NCBI GenBank assembly: GCA_951406725.2
Contig: OX597821.1
Location: 96,286,001-96,350,000, forward strand
Source of the DNA: Octopus vulgaris
Taxonomy: Eukaryota
DNA: 64,000 nt
Reading direction: 5' to 3'
Made by a program: the position numbers and the translations under genes. This document shows positions 13,423-26,858 of the stretch, one piece after another. The notes under the pieces were generated by a model. The model was not told the origin of the DNA. It ran no database searches and worked only from the letters and a program-made list of their open reading frames with translations. How positions within the stretch are numbered: the first letter of the stretch is position 1; each line of letters begins with the position of its first letter.

Positions 13423-13729
13423 TCGAGCTTACGATCGTGAGGTTGTGAGCTCGAATCTCGGACCGGGCTGCGTGTTGTGTTCTTGAGCAAGGCACTTTAT
13501 TTCACGTTGCTCCAGTTCGCTCAGCTGTAAATATGAGCTGCGACGTCACAGGTGCCAAGCTGTATCGGCCTTTGCCTTTCCCTTGAATAACACTGATGGC
13601 GTGGAGAGGGGAGGCCGGTATGCATGGGCGACTGCTGGTCTTCCATAAACCACCTTGCCCAGACTTGTGACTAGGAGGGTAACTTTCTAGTTGCAATCCC
13701 ATGGTCAGTGTCGTGACCGAAGGGGGTCC
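13423..13729 (+). mobile_element. SINE family C, 5'-truncated
   Basis: Highly similar to 43971-44277; CORE-like gttgtgttcttgagcaaggcact. Confidence 0.9.
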
Positions 13730-14026
13730 CCGATATTACAAGGTACAAGGTATTTTGTTTCGTGTTCGGCCGATTCTGCTTTCCATTTCTCTTTTTATCA
13801 TCATCAAATTATTATTGTTAACATAGGCGCACGGTAACATATTTCAAGAGAAATTATAGTCGACTCAATCTGTTTCCTGTATTTGACTTAGAATAAAAGA
13901 TGAAGCCGATCTTGGCAGGATTAGAACACCGAATGCAAAACGACGTAACTAAACACAAGGCAATTGTATAAGCAGAAAAAAAAAGACAAACCAAACCCAC
14001 ATTCAACCAACCCTATCTTAAACTAA

Positions 14027-14605
14027 ATTCTTTTCTATTCTAGGCAAAAGGCCCGAAATTTTTGGAGAGGGGGCCAATCGGTTAGATCGACCCCAGTACA
14101 TAACTGGTGCTTAATTTATCGACCCCGAAAGGATGAAAAGCAAAGTCGACCTCGGCAGAATTTGAACTCAGAACGTAGCGGCAGACAAAATACGTATTTC
14201 TTTACTACCCACAAGGGGCTAAACACAGAGGACAAACAAGGATAGACAAACGGATTAAGTCGATTATATCGACCCCAGTGCGTAACTGGTACTTATTTAA
14301 TCGAACCCGAAAGGATGAAAGGCAAAGTCGACCTCGGCAGAATTTGAACTCAGAACGTAGCGGCAGACGAAATACGTATTTCTTTACTACCCACATGGGG
14401 CTAAACACAGAGAGGACAAACAAAGACAGACAAACGGATTAAGTGGATTATATCGACCCCAGTGCGTAACTGGTACTTATTTAATAGAACCCGAAAGGAT
14501 GAAAGGCAAAGTCGACCTCGGCGGAATTTGAACTCAGAACGTAGCGGCAGACGAAATACCGCCAAGCATTTCGTCCGGCGCGCTAACGATTCTGGCAACT
14601 CGCAG
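14027..14605 (-). mobile_element. SINE family B trimer: head-core-tail1, core-tail1, core-tail2
   Basis: Three copies of gaaaggatgaaa(g/a)gcaaagtcgacctcggc; both junctions read aaatacgtatttctttactacccac. Confidence 0.9.
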
Positions 14606-15364
14606 TCTTAATCTTAAGCTAAATTAAATCATCAAAACGTCTGCGAAAACGATTTTCGAGACACAGTACAATCAACTTTACTTTAAAAGATCGCTTTCAG
14701 AGAACTGTACGTTTGTCACATTTAATTTGAAGAACTAAATCAAAGGAATGAATCAATGATAAATGGTGCCATGTCACACTGCTTCCTTTGCTCATCTTTG
14801 TTTTACTTTTGTTCATTTTCTTTACTTGACTACTGTTCACTCTCTTTTCTTTTACTTAAAATCACCACCACCACCACCACTACCACCACCACCACTTCTG
14901 CCCCCACTACGTCTCGTTTTGGCACGCCTTCCTTTTACGAGATGTCAAGCGGACATATTTATTCACTCATCATCAAAAACAAGATGAGGAAATAAGTTTT
15001 TAGAGAAGTTGGTTAATTGTATAAAATGAAAAGAACGAACGAACGAAGAAGCATAGAATAGTGAACACGAAAAATACACCTACGCACACATACTTGCATA
15101 TATACACAATTTATACACACATGTTATCACAGGTATGCAAACACATTTACACACATATGCATATGGCTATGTGTCTACGAAGAGACACGTAAACGCACAT
15201 ACAACTGCTCTGTACTAAAACCAACTTAGGAATACGTGAGGGAAAGCAAAGTTGTCGCAGCAATGACGATTACTATTAGTTTTGCAATTTCTATAAGGAG
15301 ACTCCATCTTTCAGCATTCGTAATTCACTATTGAAATTTTCACTTCAAAGCTTTCCCTTACATA

Positions 15365-15594
15365 TATTTCTTTACTACCCCCAAGGGGCTAAACACAGAG
15401 GAGACAAACAAGGACGGACAAACGGATCAAGTCGATTACATCGACACCAGTGCGTAACTGGTACTTAATTTATCGACCCCGGAAGGATGAAAGGCAAAGT
15501 CGACATCGGCGGAATTTGAACTCGGAACGTAACGGCAGACGAAATACTGCAACGCATTTCGCCCGGTGTGCTAACGTTTCTTCCAGCTCGCCGC
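15365..15594 (-). mobile_element. SINE family B, tail 1
   Basis: Full head, core and tail; flanked by ctttccctta(c/t)ata duplication of about 14 bp. Confidence 0.9.
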
Positions 15595-15975
15595 TTTCCC
15601 TTATATATTCAAGCACTCATTTCACAATAGGTTCTGAGCAGTAAGATACACATATTCAGATTCGCAAATAATCAGGAGGTAGATCTACTCTCCAATTTTC
15701 AGAGCTTTAAGCGGACGAGAGAACAAACCAGTTACCGGATAGATGGTAAGTATGGCCACCTACTGGAGGAGTTTGCTTCGCGCCCACGTTTCAGTGCAGT
15801 GGCACGTCATCAAGACTAGCTGCTGTGATTTGAGCATGATTAGGTAGGTGATAACTGCGTGGAGCCTCATTGAACTCGCGCACAGCGACACACACCCATT
15901 CATGCACACACACACACGCACACACATTTACACAAACATATAAATATTTATGCATGCTTGTATATGCATGTACTT

Positions 15976-16137
15976 AGGCGCAGGAGTGGCCGTGTGGTAA
16001 GTAGCTTGCTGACCAACTACATGGTTCCGGGTTCAGTCCCACTGCGTGGCACCTTGGGCAAGTGTCTTCTGCTATAGCCCCAGGCCGACCAAAGCCTTGT
16101 GAGTGGATTTGGTAGACGGAAACTGAAAGAAGCCTGT

Positions 16138-16196
<59 letters not shown>

Positions 16197-16352
16197 TTGT
16201 GTGTCTGTGTTTGTCCCCCTAGCATTGCTTGACAACCGATGCTGGTGTGTTTACCTCCCCGTCACTTACCGGTTCGGCAAAAGAGACCGATAGAATAAGT
16301 ACTGAGCTTACGAAAAATAAGTCCCGGGGTCGATTTGCTCGACTAAAGGCGT
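15976..16352 (+). mobile_element. SINE family A
   Basis: ggcgcaggagtggccgtgtggtaag...gggttcagtccc...ccttgggcaagtg with internal (TA)n. Confidence 0.9.
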
Positions 16353-16929
16353 AAAGAGTATAAAGAGAGATGAAAATCAAGCCTAGGGCTTTGGAATATA
16401 TTCGAGTGAGTCACATAATCTTGCAGGATATCATCACACATTTACAGCTGTTTCTTTGAATCGTGAATATTATTTTGTATATTATGAAATTTCATGTAAG
16501 CATAATGATGTCCGCAATCCACATGGTAAGTCGAAACAGCTGTTAGGATATAATTATACCATACAATTATGGGACAACTCATGTAAATATATTCTATAAA
16601 ATTTTCATTGTTTGTTAATATCTTTTTATTGATATTCTCTCGAACAAATAAATAAATATACATAAATAATATTTATATATATGTGTGTGTGTGTGTTTGT
16701 GTTCATATCTATCTAGCTCTCTCTCTCTCTATCTCTCTTTCTCCCTCAGTCTCTGTCTGTCTGTATGTCTGTCTCTGTCTCTCTCTCTCTCTATATATAT
16801 ATATATAGAGAGAGAGAGAGGGAGACAGAGACAGACAAAGAGAGAGAGAGAGCGAGCTAAATAGATATGAACACAAACACACACACACACACACATATAT
16901 ATATCTAAATATAAATATTATTTATGTAT

Positions 16930-17017
<88 letters not shown>

Positions 17018-17329
17018 TTTTAATGTGGTGGGGAAAAAACGGTAAACCGATGCATTCGAAAAGAAATAACTTGTAGGTTCTATCTCTGACAGAAATATAC
17101 ACCCCATTATGCAGTTGTCAGCTTTGCGTTTCGTGTCTTCTGAAATCGAAGAAAGAAGTAACAGTACTGTAGTTAATATAATGAACATAAACATTTGCTG
17201 GTGGTACAAGGGTTGGACTGCAGCCGAATATTTCAAAGAAGTAATGGTAGTAGAAGAAATATTATTATGGTATGGTTGCCTTTCCTAACGAGTAAAAAAT
17301 ATTCTGAAACATGTTCAGGATTCTCCTCT

Positions 17330-18040
17330 CTATAAGCAGCAGCAAAGAAATATTTCCAGCATTCAAACTTTCTTCCTCAGCGCCAAAAAGCAGAGGACAA
17401 AGTGTAGTCAATTTCCGTAACTTAATTTGGTCCTGTTGGTTTGCTGGTGTATGTTACATAGCTCTTATTTTTATGTCAGTACTTCAGTTATTTCTGCCCC
17501 AACTCTACTAAAAGATGTGTCGATCTTGTTATTATGTACTACTTCTGAGCTCCATGGTAGCTAGTAGTGCTGTTTTCATTCATGCAAGATAGATCTGTAA
17601 TTCAGATAACGTGCTTCAAAGCCGATCTCACTTCTACTAATGTAAAGAGCTTTTGTTCCCGCACTTTTTGCTAACATTTTCTACAGAGATCTCTTTATTC
17701 TTGAAAATATGAGGTGATATGCGAACTGGTCCCTCAAAATTTGCCTACAATACTGTTGGCAATTTTATAAGATTAAACCTTTCCTAGCCTTATATTGAGT
17801 AAAACAATTTGCTGTATCAATTCTAGATTTGTTGAGGTATTTTCTCTATATGTATTTTGCTGCTCTAATTTAGGCAAAATATTTGATTGTTTTTCTTAAT
17901 ATCCACTTTTTCTCAATGTGTTATAATAATATTTGATATTTTATCAATGTTTTCCTTTTGTAATTATGTGTGTGATATTCATTTAGTTACGATGCTTAAC
18001 TGTATTGAAGGTGATATCTATGCCTGGGTATTTAACTTTT
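17330..18040 (-). mobile_element. Highly decayed Penelope-like element, GIY-YIG endonuclease region
   Basis: Minus 17648-17591 encodes LYISRSEIGFEARYLNYRS, resembling YIG.TE..FK.RY.NH. Flanks carry many stops, so boundaries are rough. Confidence 0.4.
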
Positions 18041-18984
18041 AGCTCAGCTTGCACCACTCTCACATACATATGTATGTGTGTGCATATGTTTGTGTAATCA
18101 CAGACAGACAAATAGTTATCCTCATAGATCTATAAACAGCTATAACATTAGTAAACTGTGGCGTGGTGGTGACGTTTGCTAATGTAGTATTGGATTCTTT
18201 CTCAACAGAAATTTCTGGAGAGCAGATGAAATTTCAAGTGGTAAATTAGAATAATTAGAGCTACGTACGCAAGCCTGGAATGGTTTTGTCTTAAGTATTT
18301 CGATATCTATTGTAATTGGACATATTTCATTGAAGAATGGCATTTCATAAAGATTAAATGTGGACTGGACATGCACACAGACATCATATGAAAGAGAAAG
18401 AAGTAAGAGTTGAATCGATACAGAAATACAGTTAGAGGGTGCAAAAGTAAATAGAGAGAGAGGGGGGTGAGAGAAAGAGAGAGAGAGTAAGAGGGAGTGG
18501 GGAACAGGAGATACAGAAAGAGAGATTAATCAGAAAAGTGGGAGATAGATAAAGAGCTAGAAATAAACACAGCATGAAGGAGAGAAAGAGCGATAGCTGA
18601 GGATACTTAAACTGAGAGACTAATAGAGTATTAGAGTACGTGTGCAGAGAAAGAAATGCTACTTAAATATACTTGAACAATTACATCTTATACGTATACG
18701 TATATGTGTGATGGTGTATGTGTGTGTGTATCTCTGTATAAGCATGCATATATGTATATATGTATGCCCCTATGTATGTGTGTGTGTGTGTACAAACATT
18801 ATTCACAACTATATGTATATGTGTGCGTGCGTTTGTGTAGATATACGAACATACAGAGAAATATTTGATATAGACGCTTACAAATATTTAATATGCATTA
18901 ACATACATACATACATACATACAACATCCATGCAATCGACTAAATATTGAAAGCCGTCATCCCACCTTGACCACATGATTGAAA

Positions 18985-19019
<35 letters not shown>

Positions 19020-19249
19020 AATGAAAGACGGAGATGGAATATACGAGAATTTATTAATCACAATTGCATTGTGCGTTTATATGCATGTAGGCATCTCCAG
19101 AGTCTTTTAGAAATTCTATTTATTACCCGACGAGTTACATCTGTACCGCCGGATGATTCTTAACCACTTGTTGAGTGTTCCACCCATGAGGGATCGATAC
19201 TAGATGTGTCGAAATGTCGTGATTTACAAGTTCTCTTATATTCCATCTA

Positions 19250-19301
<52 letters not shown>

Positions 19302-19321
19302 TATGTATACATACATACATG

Positions 19322-19384
<63 letters not shown>

Positions 19385-19637
19385 TGATACATCCATATAC
19401 AAATTGCATTTATATATGTACTCGCCATGCTGGACCGCTTTTTTTCATCCTCCTGATTATTTTTTCTTATTCCATTCTGTTGAAGAGCGTAGGCTCGAAA
19501 CGTAAAATACTTTGTTCGTTTTCCCGAGCGTCAAACTAATACACTAGCTTCTTGTTCATACACCCGTCTTAGTTTTTTGTTTTTCTATAAATTTCAACTA
19601 TATATATGTATATATATATAGTTGAAATTTACAGAAA

Positions 19638-19677
<40 letters not shown>

Positions 19678-20004
19678 AACACATACAAACATCACATATA
19701 CACGCACATATATATATATATATATATATGCACGCCACGTCCATGTGTATACGTATGTATGTATATATATATGCAAAAAAACATGCGAGAAAACACTTAA
19801 AGTAGTTAATTAGTACTGATTTCGTTTCAGTAAACTTGTAAAGTGTTAATGACGGGAAAAGATAGAGCGTTTCTGATATTTGATCTGGCTTTAAAAAGGA
19901 AATATTTAGAATCAATATTGAAAGGAGAACGCTAATAATATCCCAACTCATGAACTTGTTTCTGGAGCAACGTTAGATTCAATTCTGACAAGTTTTTTGC
20001 CTCC

Positions 20005-20102
20005 ATTCTTCTTCTTGTTCTCCTTCTTCCTCTTGTTCTTCTTCTTCTTCTTCTTCTTCTTCTTCTTCTTCTTCTTCTTCTTCTTCTTCTTCTTCTTCCT
20101 CC

Positions 20103-20133
<31 letters not shown>

Positions 20134-20186
20134 CTTCTTCTTCTTCTTCTTCTTCTTCTTCATCTTCTTCTTCTTCTTCTTCTTCC

Positions 20187-20217
<31 letters not shown>

Positions 20218-20281
20218 CTTCTTCTTCTTCTTCTTCTTCTTCTTCTTCTTCTTCTTCTTCTTCTTCTTCTTCTTCTTCTTC
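20005..20281. repeat. (TTC)n/(GAA)n microsatellite, about 275 bp
   Basis: Direct reading; few interruptions. Confidence 0.98.
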
Positions 20282-20474
20282 CAGCACACTGACACACAAA
20301 ATGTTGGCAATAAACTATTGCCAAACCAAATCAAAGCAAGTCATAAAATATTGCAGGTGCTTCATCCGTTACCTCAGCTATTTTTGACCCGATATGTCTG
20401 TTAAAAACCTTCGTTTAGTTTTCAATAACACCATCGGTTCAATAATGCCGTCGGTTCAAAGTTATTGTCGAGAA

Positions 20475-20805
20475 CAGGGGTTCTCAACCACTTCTTACTC
20501 ATGAACCCCTTTTCTTCTGGTGGGCTCCCATAGCCATTAAATGTTTAAAAACTAATTTTATGGATATTAATTTCTATTTTGTCATTCACCAATTAACTTG
20601 TGTAGTTTGGACTATGTAAAATGTTAGAGAAAGAAAACTAGTTGTTTCTTGCAGTACATATCAATACACACATTTAAAGCAAAATATTTTCAGAGGCCGT
20701 TCATGTACTGTAGTGGATCCCCAATTTCCTATTTCTTTTCCATAAACCTCCCAAAATCTTACATAGACCCTGAGCGGCCATATGGACACCAGTTGAGAAC
20801 CACTG
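20475..20805. mobile_element. hAT (Charlie-like) non-autonomous DNA transposon
   Basis: TIRs caggggttctcaac / gttgagaaccactg; 8-bp flanks gtcgagaa / gtctagat fit a decayed NTCTAGAN TSD. Confidence 0.8.
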
Positions 20806-21861
20806 GTCTAGATGCAAAACGTATTGGCGCCGATTGCTTTCGTCGGTCCTCGCTTCAGCACTGCACGAGTGGACCGCAAGCTCCATGATGTTGCAGTTAG
20901 CAACATCGTTGGTTTCAGTGGTGTCTCAGTCCAATGATCTGCTCTATTTGAAATATAAAATCAACGTTATTTAGTATCAGGTCACTCCTGAGTGAGCTGA
21001 CCATAGTCCATTACAAGTATCTGGGATTACATTATCAAACCTGACACTAGTGCTATGGCATTAGAAATGATGATAGCTGTGCTCGTGGAGACCAGTTGTT
21101 CTTCGGCGTCAGTGCATCCTTAATTAAACAGACATATGAGCAAACATTTTTCAGTTATGACCATTCCATATTACAATCTGATGTGCCTCGGACTATATTA
21201 TTCAATGCGCCGTTCCTCGTTTAAAAATATTCAGCGTATAACAACAATTTAGCGCTCTCACTTTCTTGCTCAATGCTGGCTTAATCGAACAACCCTATGT
21301 GAACAACCGTTGTTCAAGTTACAACGTAGCTTTTCTTCCCTCTAGATCACACTTCACACATTGAAATTATATACTACAGCATGACATTTTTTTATGTACT
21401 GTCCTCTTACTGCCGTCTAATCTCATGAGACCAAAGCATATCCGGGTTTCTGCTGAATGTCCAAGATCTTACTCTCTCTGAACTGTGCCTACCTTCAACG
21501 AAGGCACAACTCCCCAGTTGCTGCTGGTACTCTCATGGTCAACATAGCAGACTTAACCAGCGTAAAATGAAATAAACTGTTGAAGGACAGAATACAACAC
21601 CAAGTCTCAGACTCGAACCTCGAACTAACTATTGTAAATCCAATAATTTAATCATTAGGACACTTCACTTTCAACGTAGAGCTAAAGGTGGCAAACAAAC
21701 AGTATCTGCCAGTTTTAAGTTGCGCTATATTTCACTCTAAAAATATATATATCGGAAAATCCTCTGACATAGATATAAATATAAATACGACAATGTTATT
21801 TATAGTCAGAGCAAACACTCAACCAAATAAATAATATAGTAGAAGGCACTAAATATTAGAC

Positions 21862-21930
<69 letters not shown>

Positions 21931-22415
21931 AAATGCACCTTATAGCCTGCTGCACCTTTTTTTCTTAGGCTGCCTAATAATACAATAAACAACTAGACGA
22001 TTGGTATTATCAGCCAAAACAAACAGGACATTTTTCCAGCTTTAGAGTAAAAAGATTTTTTTTCGTTCACTAATCTTATAAGAAGAATAGCTCAGAGACA
22101 TTAATTGTCTAAATGTTATGTAGATACAAGCAGTCGCGCGCACGTACACACATGCAAGCGCCGTAATCAATATAGGGTGGCAAAAAAAATTTTGTAGAAC
22201 ACTAGTAGGAAAAAATTAAATAGTCATAAACCATTTTTACGTTCAACATCACAATCAAGGAACGCCTAGAAATAACAGCCAAAAGCTTTAAAGCTTTTGG
22301 CTGTTATTTCTGGATGGATATATATATATATATATATGTGTGTGTCTGTGTGTGTCTGTGTGTATGTGTGTGTGTGTGTGAGTGTGTGTGCGTGTTTGCG
22401 TGTGTGTGTAATTGC

Positions 22416-22474
<59 letters not shown>

Positions 22475-23616
22475 CGCACGTAGATGTACAGAAACACACC
22501 CACATGTAAAATCACACTTATATTGACATGTGTATCTATATATATACATACATACGTACATATATATATACATACACACACACACACTTGCACACACCTA
22601 CACACACGTATATATATATATATATATACATACATATATACATATACATATATATATATGCATATGTTTGTGACGCTTTAGAGTATATATATATATAAAC
22701 ATGTATACATTCCTACATAGATAGACAGACGGACAGTCAGATGGATAGGTAGAAATATAGATAGATAGAGAGAGAGAGAAAGAGAGAGGAGGAGGAGGAG
22801 GATTATTATGAATAGATAGTTGTGTATTTGTAGGAAAAATCATATACATGTTGAAAATTCGAACTAAATATAAACACTAATACTTTGGTAGAACAAATAT
22901 TTAATGATACGATTATATTTCAACCTACTGTATTCTCTGATCTAAAAATCTCATATTGTTAGAGTAATCTAGGACATTAATCTTCAGTATCAGAACAGCT
23001 AAAATATCAGTCTAGAATAAAAACTGAAACGTTTGAATGTTTTTCTAAATTTATGGCAACATCTTAAAGTATCGAAAAATTCGATACTTTAAGATGTTGG
23101 CCAATATTTTAAGATATTGCCAAAAATTTAGAAATATTTCAATTATTAATTATAATAATTTTCCAATTATTTTATAATGATTTTATAATTCCTATAAAAG
23201 GGTTAAACATATTGAGCAAATAGATAATTATCGCGACGTAAAGTATCTCAGCTTCTATTAAGCATAGCGTAGAATCCTGTAATTTTTATTCTGTAGTGAT
23301 CCCGCAACACCATCAATAATTGTATATATTATCAATTATGATAATGTTTCAATTATTATATAATAAGGTCAATCATATAAAAAGATTTAATATAATAAGT
23401 AAAATTATTGCGACGTGTAGTATCTAAGTTTCTATTATGCGTAAAAGAGATTCCTTATCTGTAGTTTTTATTCTTTAGTTATTTAGCGACGTCATCAATA
23501 ATTGTTTATAAAAATATTCCTTATGTAGGTAATTTTTTTAGGTGTGAAGTCTCCAATAATTGAATGATTTTCTTAAATACGTTTAGTTTTATATTTATAC
23601 TGACAGGGACTATTAT

Positions 23617-24099
23617 TGCCCGGAAACACAGATCGAGAATTCCCTTTACTGACCAGTCAGTTTCAGCGATTTTCTTTGCCTTATCAGTAAGGACTGGCTC
23701 GAATTCGGCAGATTCCGGACTGAATTATCTGTCATTATATATGTTTCACGATAAAAAAAATCTATGGATGATTCAGTGAATCGCTAATTTGTATACGGAA
23801 AATTAATATAGATGGCAGTGTACAATATTTTACCAAAAAGGAAAACTATAATTACGGCTAAATATGACTAGGGTTTTAGGAAAACGTACATTGTTAGAAG
23901 TAAAAGCTAAAATGCTCTAATATGTATACATTAGTGATTCACTTAATCCTCCATATATTTTTATGGTGGAAACATATATACTGACAAAGAATTCACTGCG
24001 GAATCTGCCGAAGTCGAGTCAGTCGTTACTAATGAGGGAACAGAAATAGCCGAATCTGTCAGGTCAGTATAGGGAATTCTCGATCGGTGTTTTCGGGCA
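23617..24099. mobile_element. MITE/foldback with about 180-bp imperfect inverted arms
   Basis: 23617-23796 is the diverged reverse complement of 23924-24099, for example gatcgagaattccct/agggaattctcgatc and ttcggcagattccg/cggaatctgccgaa. Confidence 0.85.
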
Positions 24100-24109
24100 T
24101 ATGGCCCAC

Positions 24110-24180
24110 GGGCATATGGCGTAGTGGATAAGAGCGCGGGCTACTAACCCTAAGATTCCGAGTTCGATTCCAGGCAGTGA

Positions 24181-24211
<31 letters not shown>

Positions 24212-24212
24212 G
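24110..24212 (+). mobile_element. tRNA-like SINE head followed by (AAT)n
   Basis: A-box tggcgtagtgg, B-box gagttcgattcc, ggg-ctACTaa-ccc arm; the acceptor stem does not pair. Confidence 0.7.
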
Positions 24213-24307
24213 ATAACTTCCATGAACTTCCAACCCTGTTGTCTCTTGAGGTCTCTGGGTGAGACTTGGAACCAACTTGTACAAATATAAAGCAAAAGTC
24301 AAACATA

Positions 24308-24339
<32 letters not shown>

Positions 24340-24826
24340 GTGGCTTCTGATCTTAACTGATTGTAAGCGTTATCATGTACATTGTTTTGTCTTGGTATAA
24401 AATATGGTCTACAGCAAATATTCTGCTCAATACCATAGATTTGCTGATCAGTTGTTCGACCTTAACCAGTTTAGCATGTCCCTTAGTGGCTGACGATATA
24501 TGCATCTCCAATCACGAGCAGAAGTAGTGGGGGAGCAGCATAGCAATGTGTTGAGAGAGATTCTTTGGGGTTTGATTAATTCACATCTGGAAACATGGGT
24601 GTTTCGTTCAACATCCTTAAACAACCCTTATTCAGGGACCAGAAGAAAATTCTAACTTGCAAGGTCATGTTCTGTTTATCTTGATATGAGATCACATGTC
24701 GCGCACACATGGTTGTGATGCATGTGCCTGTTGTACCCTTATCAGACGGGTAGTCAAGATGGGCATACTGGGCTTCATATATTTTACCCCAGTGTCACTT
24801 TGATGGCATGCACCGCTCTCTCACTC

Positions 24827-24873
<47 letters not shown>

Positions 24874-25804
24874 TAATAATAATAATTACAACATCAAAAA
24901 AATTATAGTTCCTGTTAGTATATATGTATACAATTATGTGCTTTGATTACAGCATTAATCTATATATATAGAGAGAGGGGGAGAGAGAGGTAGAGTGAGA
25001 GAGATGTAGAGAGAGAGAGAGAGACATATTTGTATATATACTAATTTTAAAATGTATATATTAGTATATATACACTCACGTAGAAACACAAACACGTGTG
25101 TATATGCACAAACACACACATATTAGCGTCCATTTAGCCGTAAGTTAGTAGGCACAGTGATATTCATATATAACAGAGTGCACATAGATATAATTATTTC
25201 ATAAAGACATTGTTTCCAGTCCCCACTAATCTCTCTGATTGGTTATAGAGCACTCTCATTGAATACCTTGATTAGAAGTATTAGGATGTACTTTGTGCAG
25301 TTCATTTGTGTCAAATTATGAGATAAATCTTTTTTTTCTGATTTTACATTTACATCATCAGTTTACAGGCGTATCTCTTTGCGTACACTGGCTGAAGAAA
25401 CGAGTAGTCGCTGAAACGTAGAGATGTTCTGAAAGTTTATTGTAAGGTAAATGTACATATATTTTCTTTGTATGAGTATATCTGCGAGTTGTTCTTTCCG
25501 TTAATTTATTCTATATAGACATTGGTCATAAGGAAAACTAATTTCCAATTATTTATGGTACGCAGTTATTAAACGAGTCAAGATGTAACTTGGGAGGTTG
25601 ATGCATAACAGGTTTACGCACATACAGACATATACATCTACCAGCACGGACACACACACACACACACACACAAACACACAAGCAGGCACGCACACGAACA
25701 CAAACATACACACACACACACTTACACAGACATATTTTCAAACGTCCTTGTATATACTCATGCATGCACAAAGATGTACACTTGTCTACATAAACCCATA
25801 TTCA

Positions 25805-25867
<63 letters not shown>

Positions 25868-25894
25868 TTGTCTATCTATGTGTCTATCTATGTG

Positions 25895-26045
<151 letters not shown>

Positions 26046-26066
26046 TAGCTTAAGGTGACCCGCTAT

Positions 26067-26571
26067 CGAAGCCACCTTGAGCATAATCCTATGAACCCAG
26101 AAATTGAAAACAGAGGGTTACCCACTTGCAAACAAATGTGGTAACATATAACAATATTGACCAAGGTTACCGTGGTCTTTTTCGTAGGCTTTTCTTCCCA
26201 CGGATAAACCTTACTTGCTTTCCCCTTTACACCATATATCATAACACTGTGATACACGATCCCTATTGATCGCTCTTTTTTTCCTCTTCCCCCTTTTTTC
26301 TTCTTTTTTCATTTCTCTTTTCTTTTGTTCCTTTTCCTTTTCTATTTTTTTTCTTTTTATTCTTTTTATTTTTTATTTTATTTATTTATTTATTTATTTT
26401 TTATTTATTTTTTTTGTTCTTTTCTCCCCTTTTATGATCCCTCTTGATCGAAAACCCACGCCACCCCTTTTTTTTCTTTTGTTTTTTGTTTTTTTTCATC
26501 CCCCAAAAGAAAAGCTCTACCTTGTAACTTGTCCCATCTGTGTGCAGCCCTGTGTGGCCAATAAAGAAACT
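26067..26571 (+). mobile_element. L1/Tx1-like LINE, last codons plus 3' UTR
   Basis: Homologous to 30704-31111 (gaagccaccttga...tatga; aaagaaaagctctaccttgtaa...aataaagaaac). Confidence 0.85.
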
Positions 26572-26679
26572 TATCTATCTATCTATCTATCTATCTGTCT
26601 ATCTATCTGTCTGTCTATCTGTCTATCTCTCTGTCTATGTATGTATGTATGTATGTATGTATGTATGTATGTATGTATG

Positions 26680-26769
<90 letters not shown>

Positions 26770-26806
26770 TCTATCTATCGATCTATCTATCTATCTCGCT
26801 CCCCCC

Positions 26807-26858
<52 letters not shown>

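Noticed and set aside
19948-20404. Poly-K, poly-E and poly-F ORFs
   Set aside because: Translations of the (TTC)n microsatellite.
24110-24184. Functional tRNA-Ser(ACT) gene
   Set aside because: Acceptor stem unpaired, no long variable arm, and an AAT tail; SINE-like.
25388-25432. CTGAAGA...GAAAC hammerhead-like core
   Set aside because: Stem I cannot form; at best a decayed relic.
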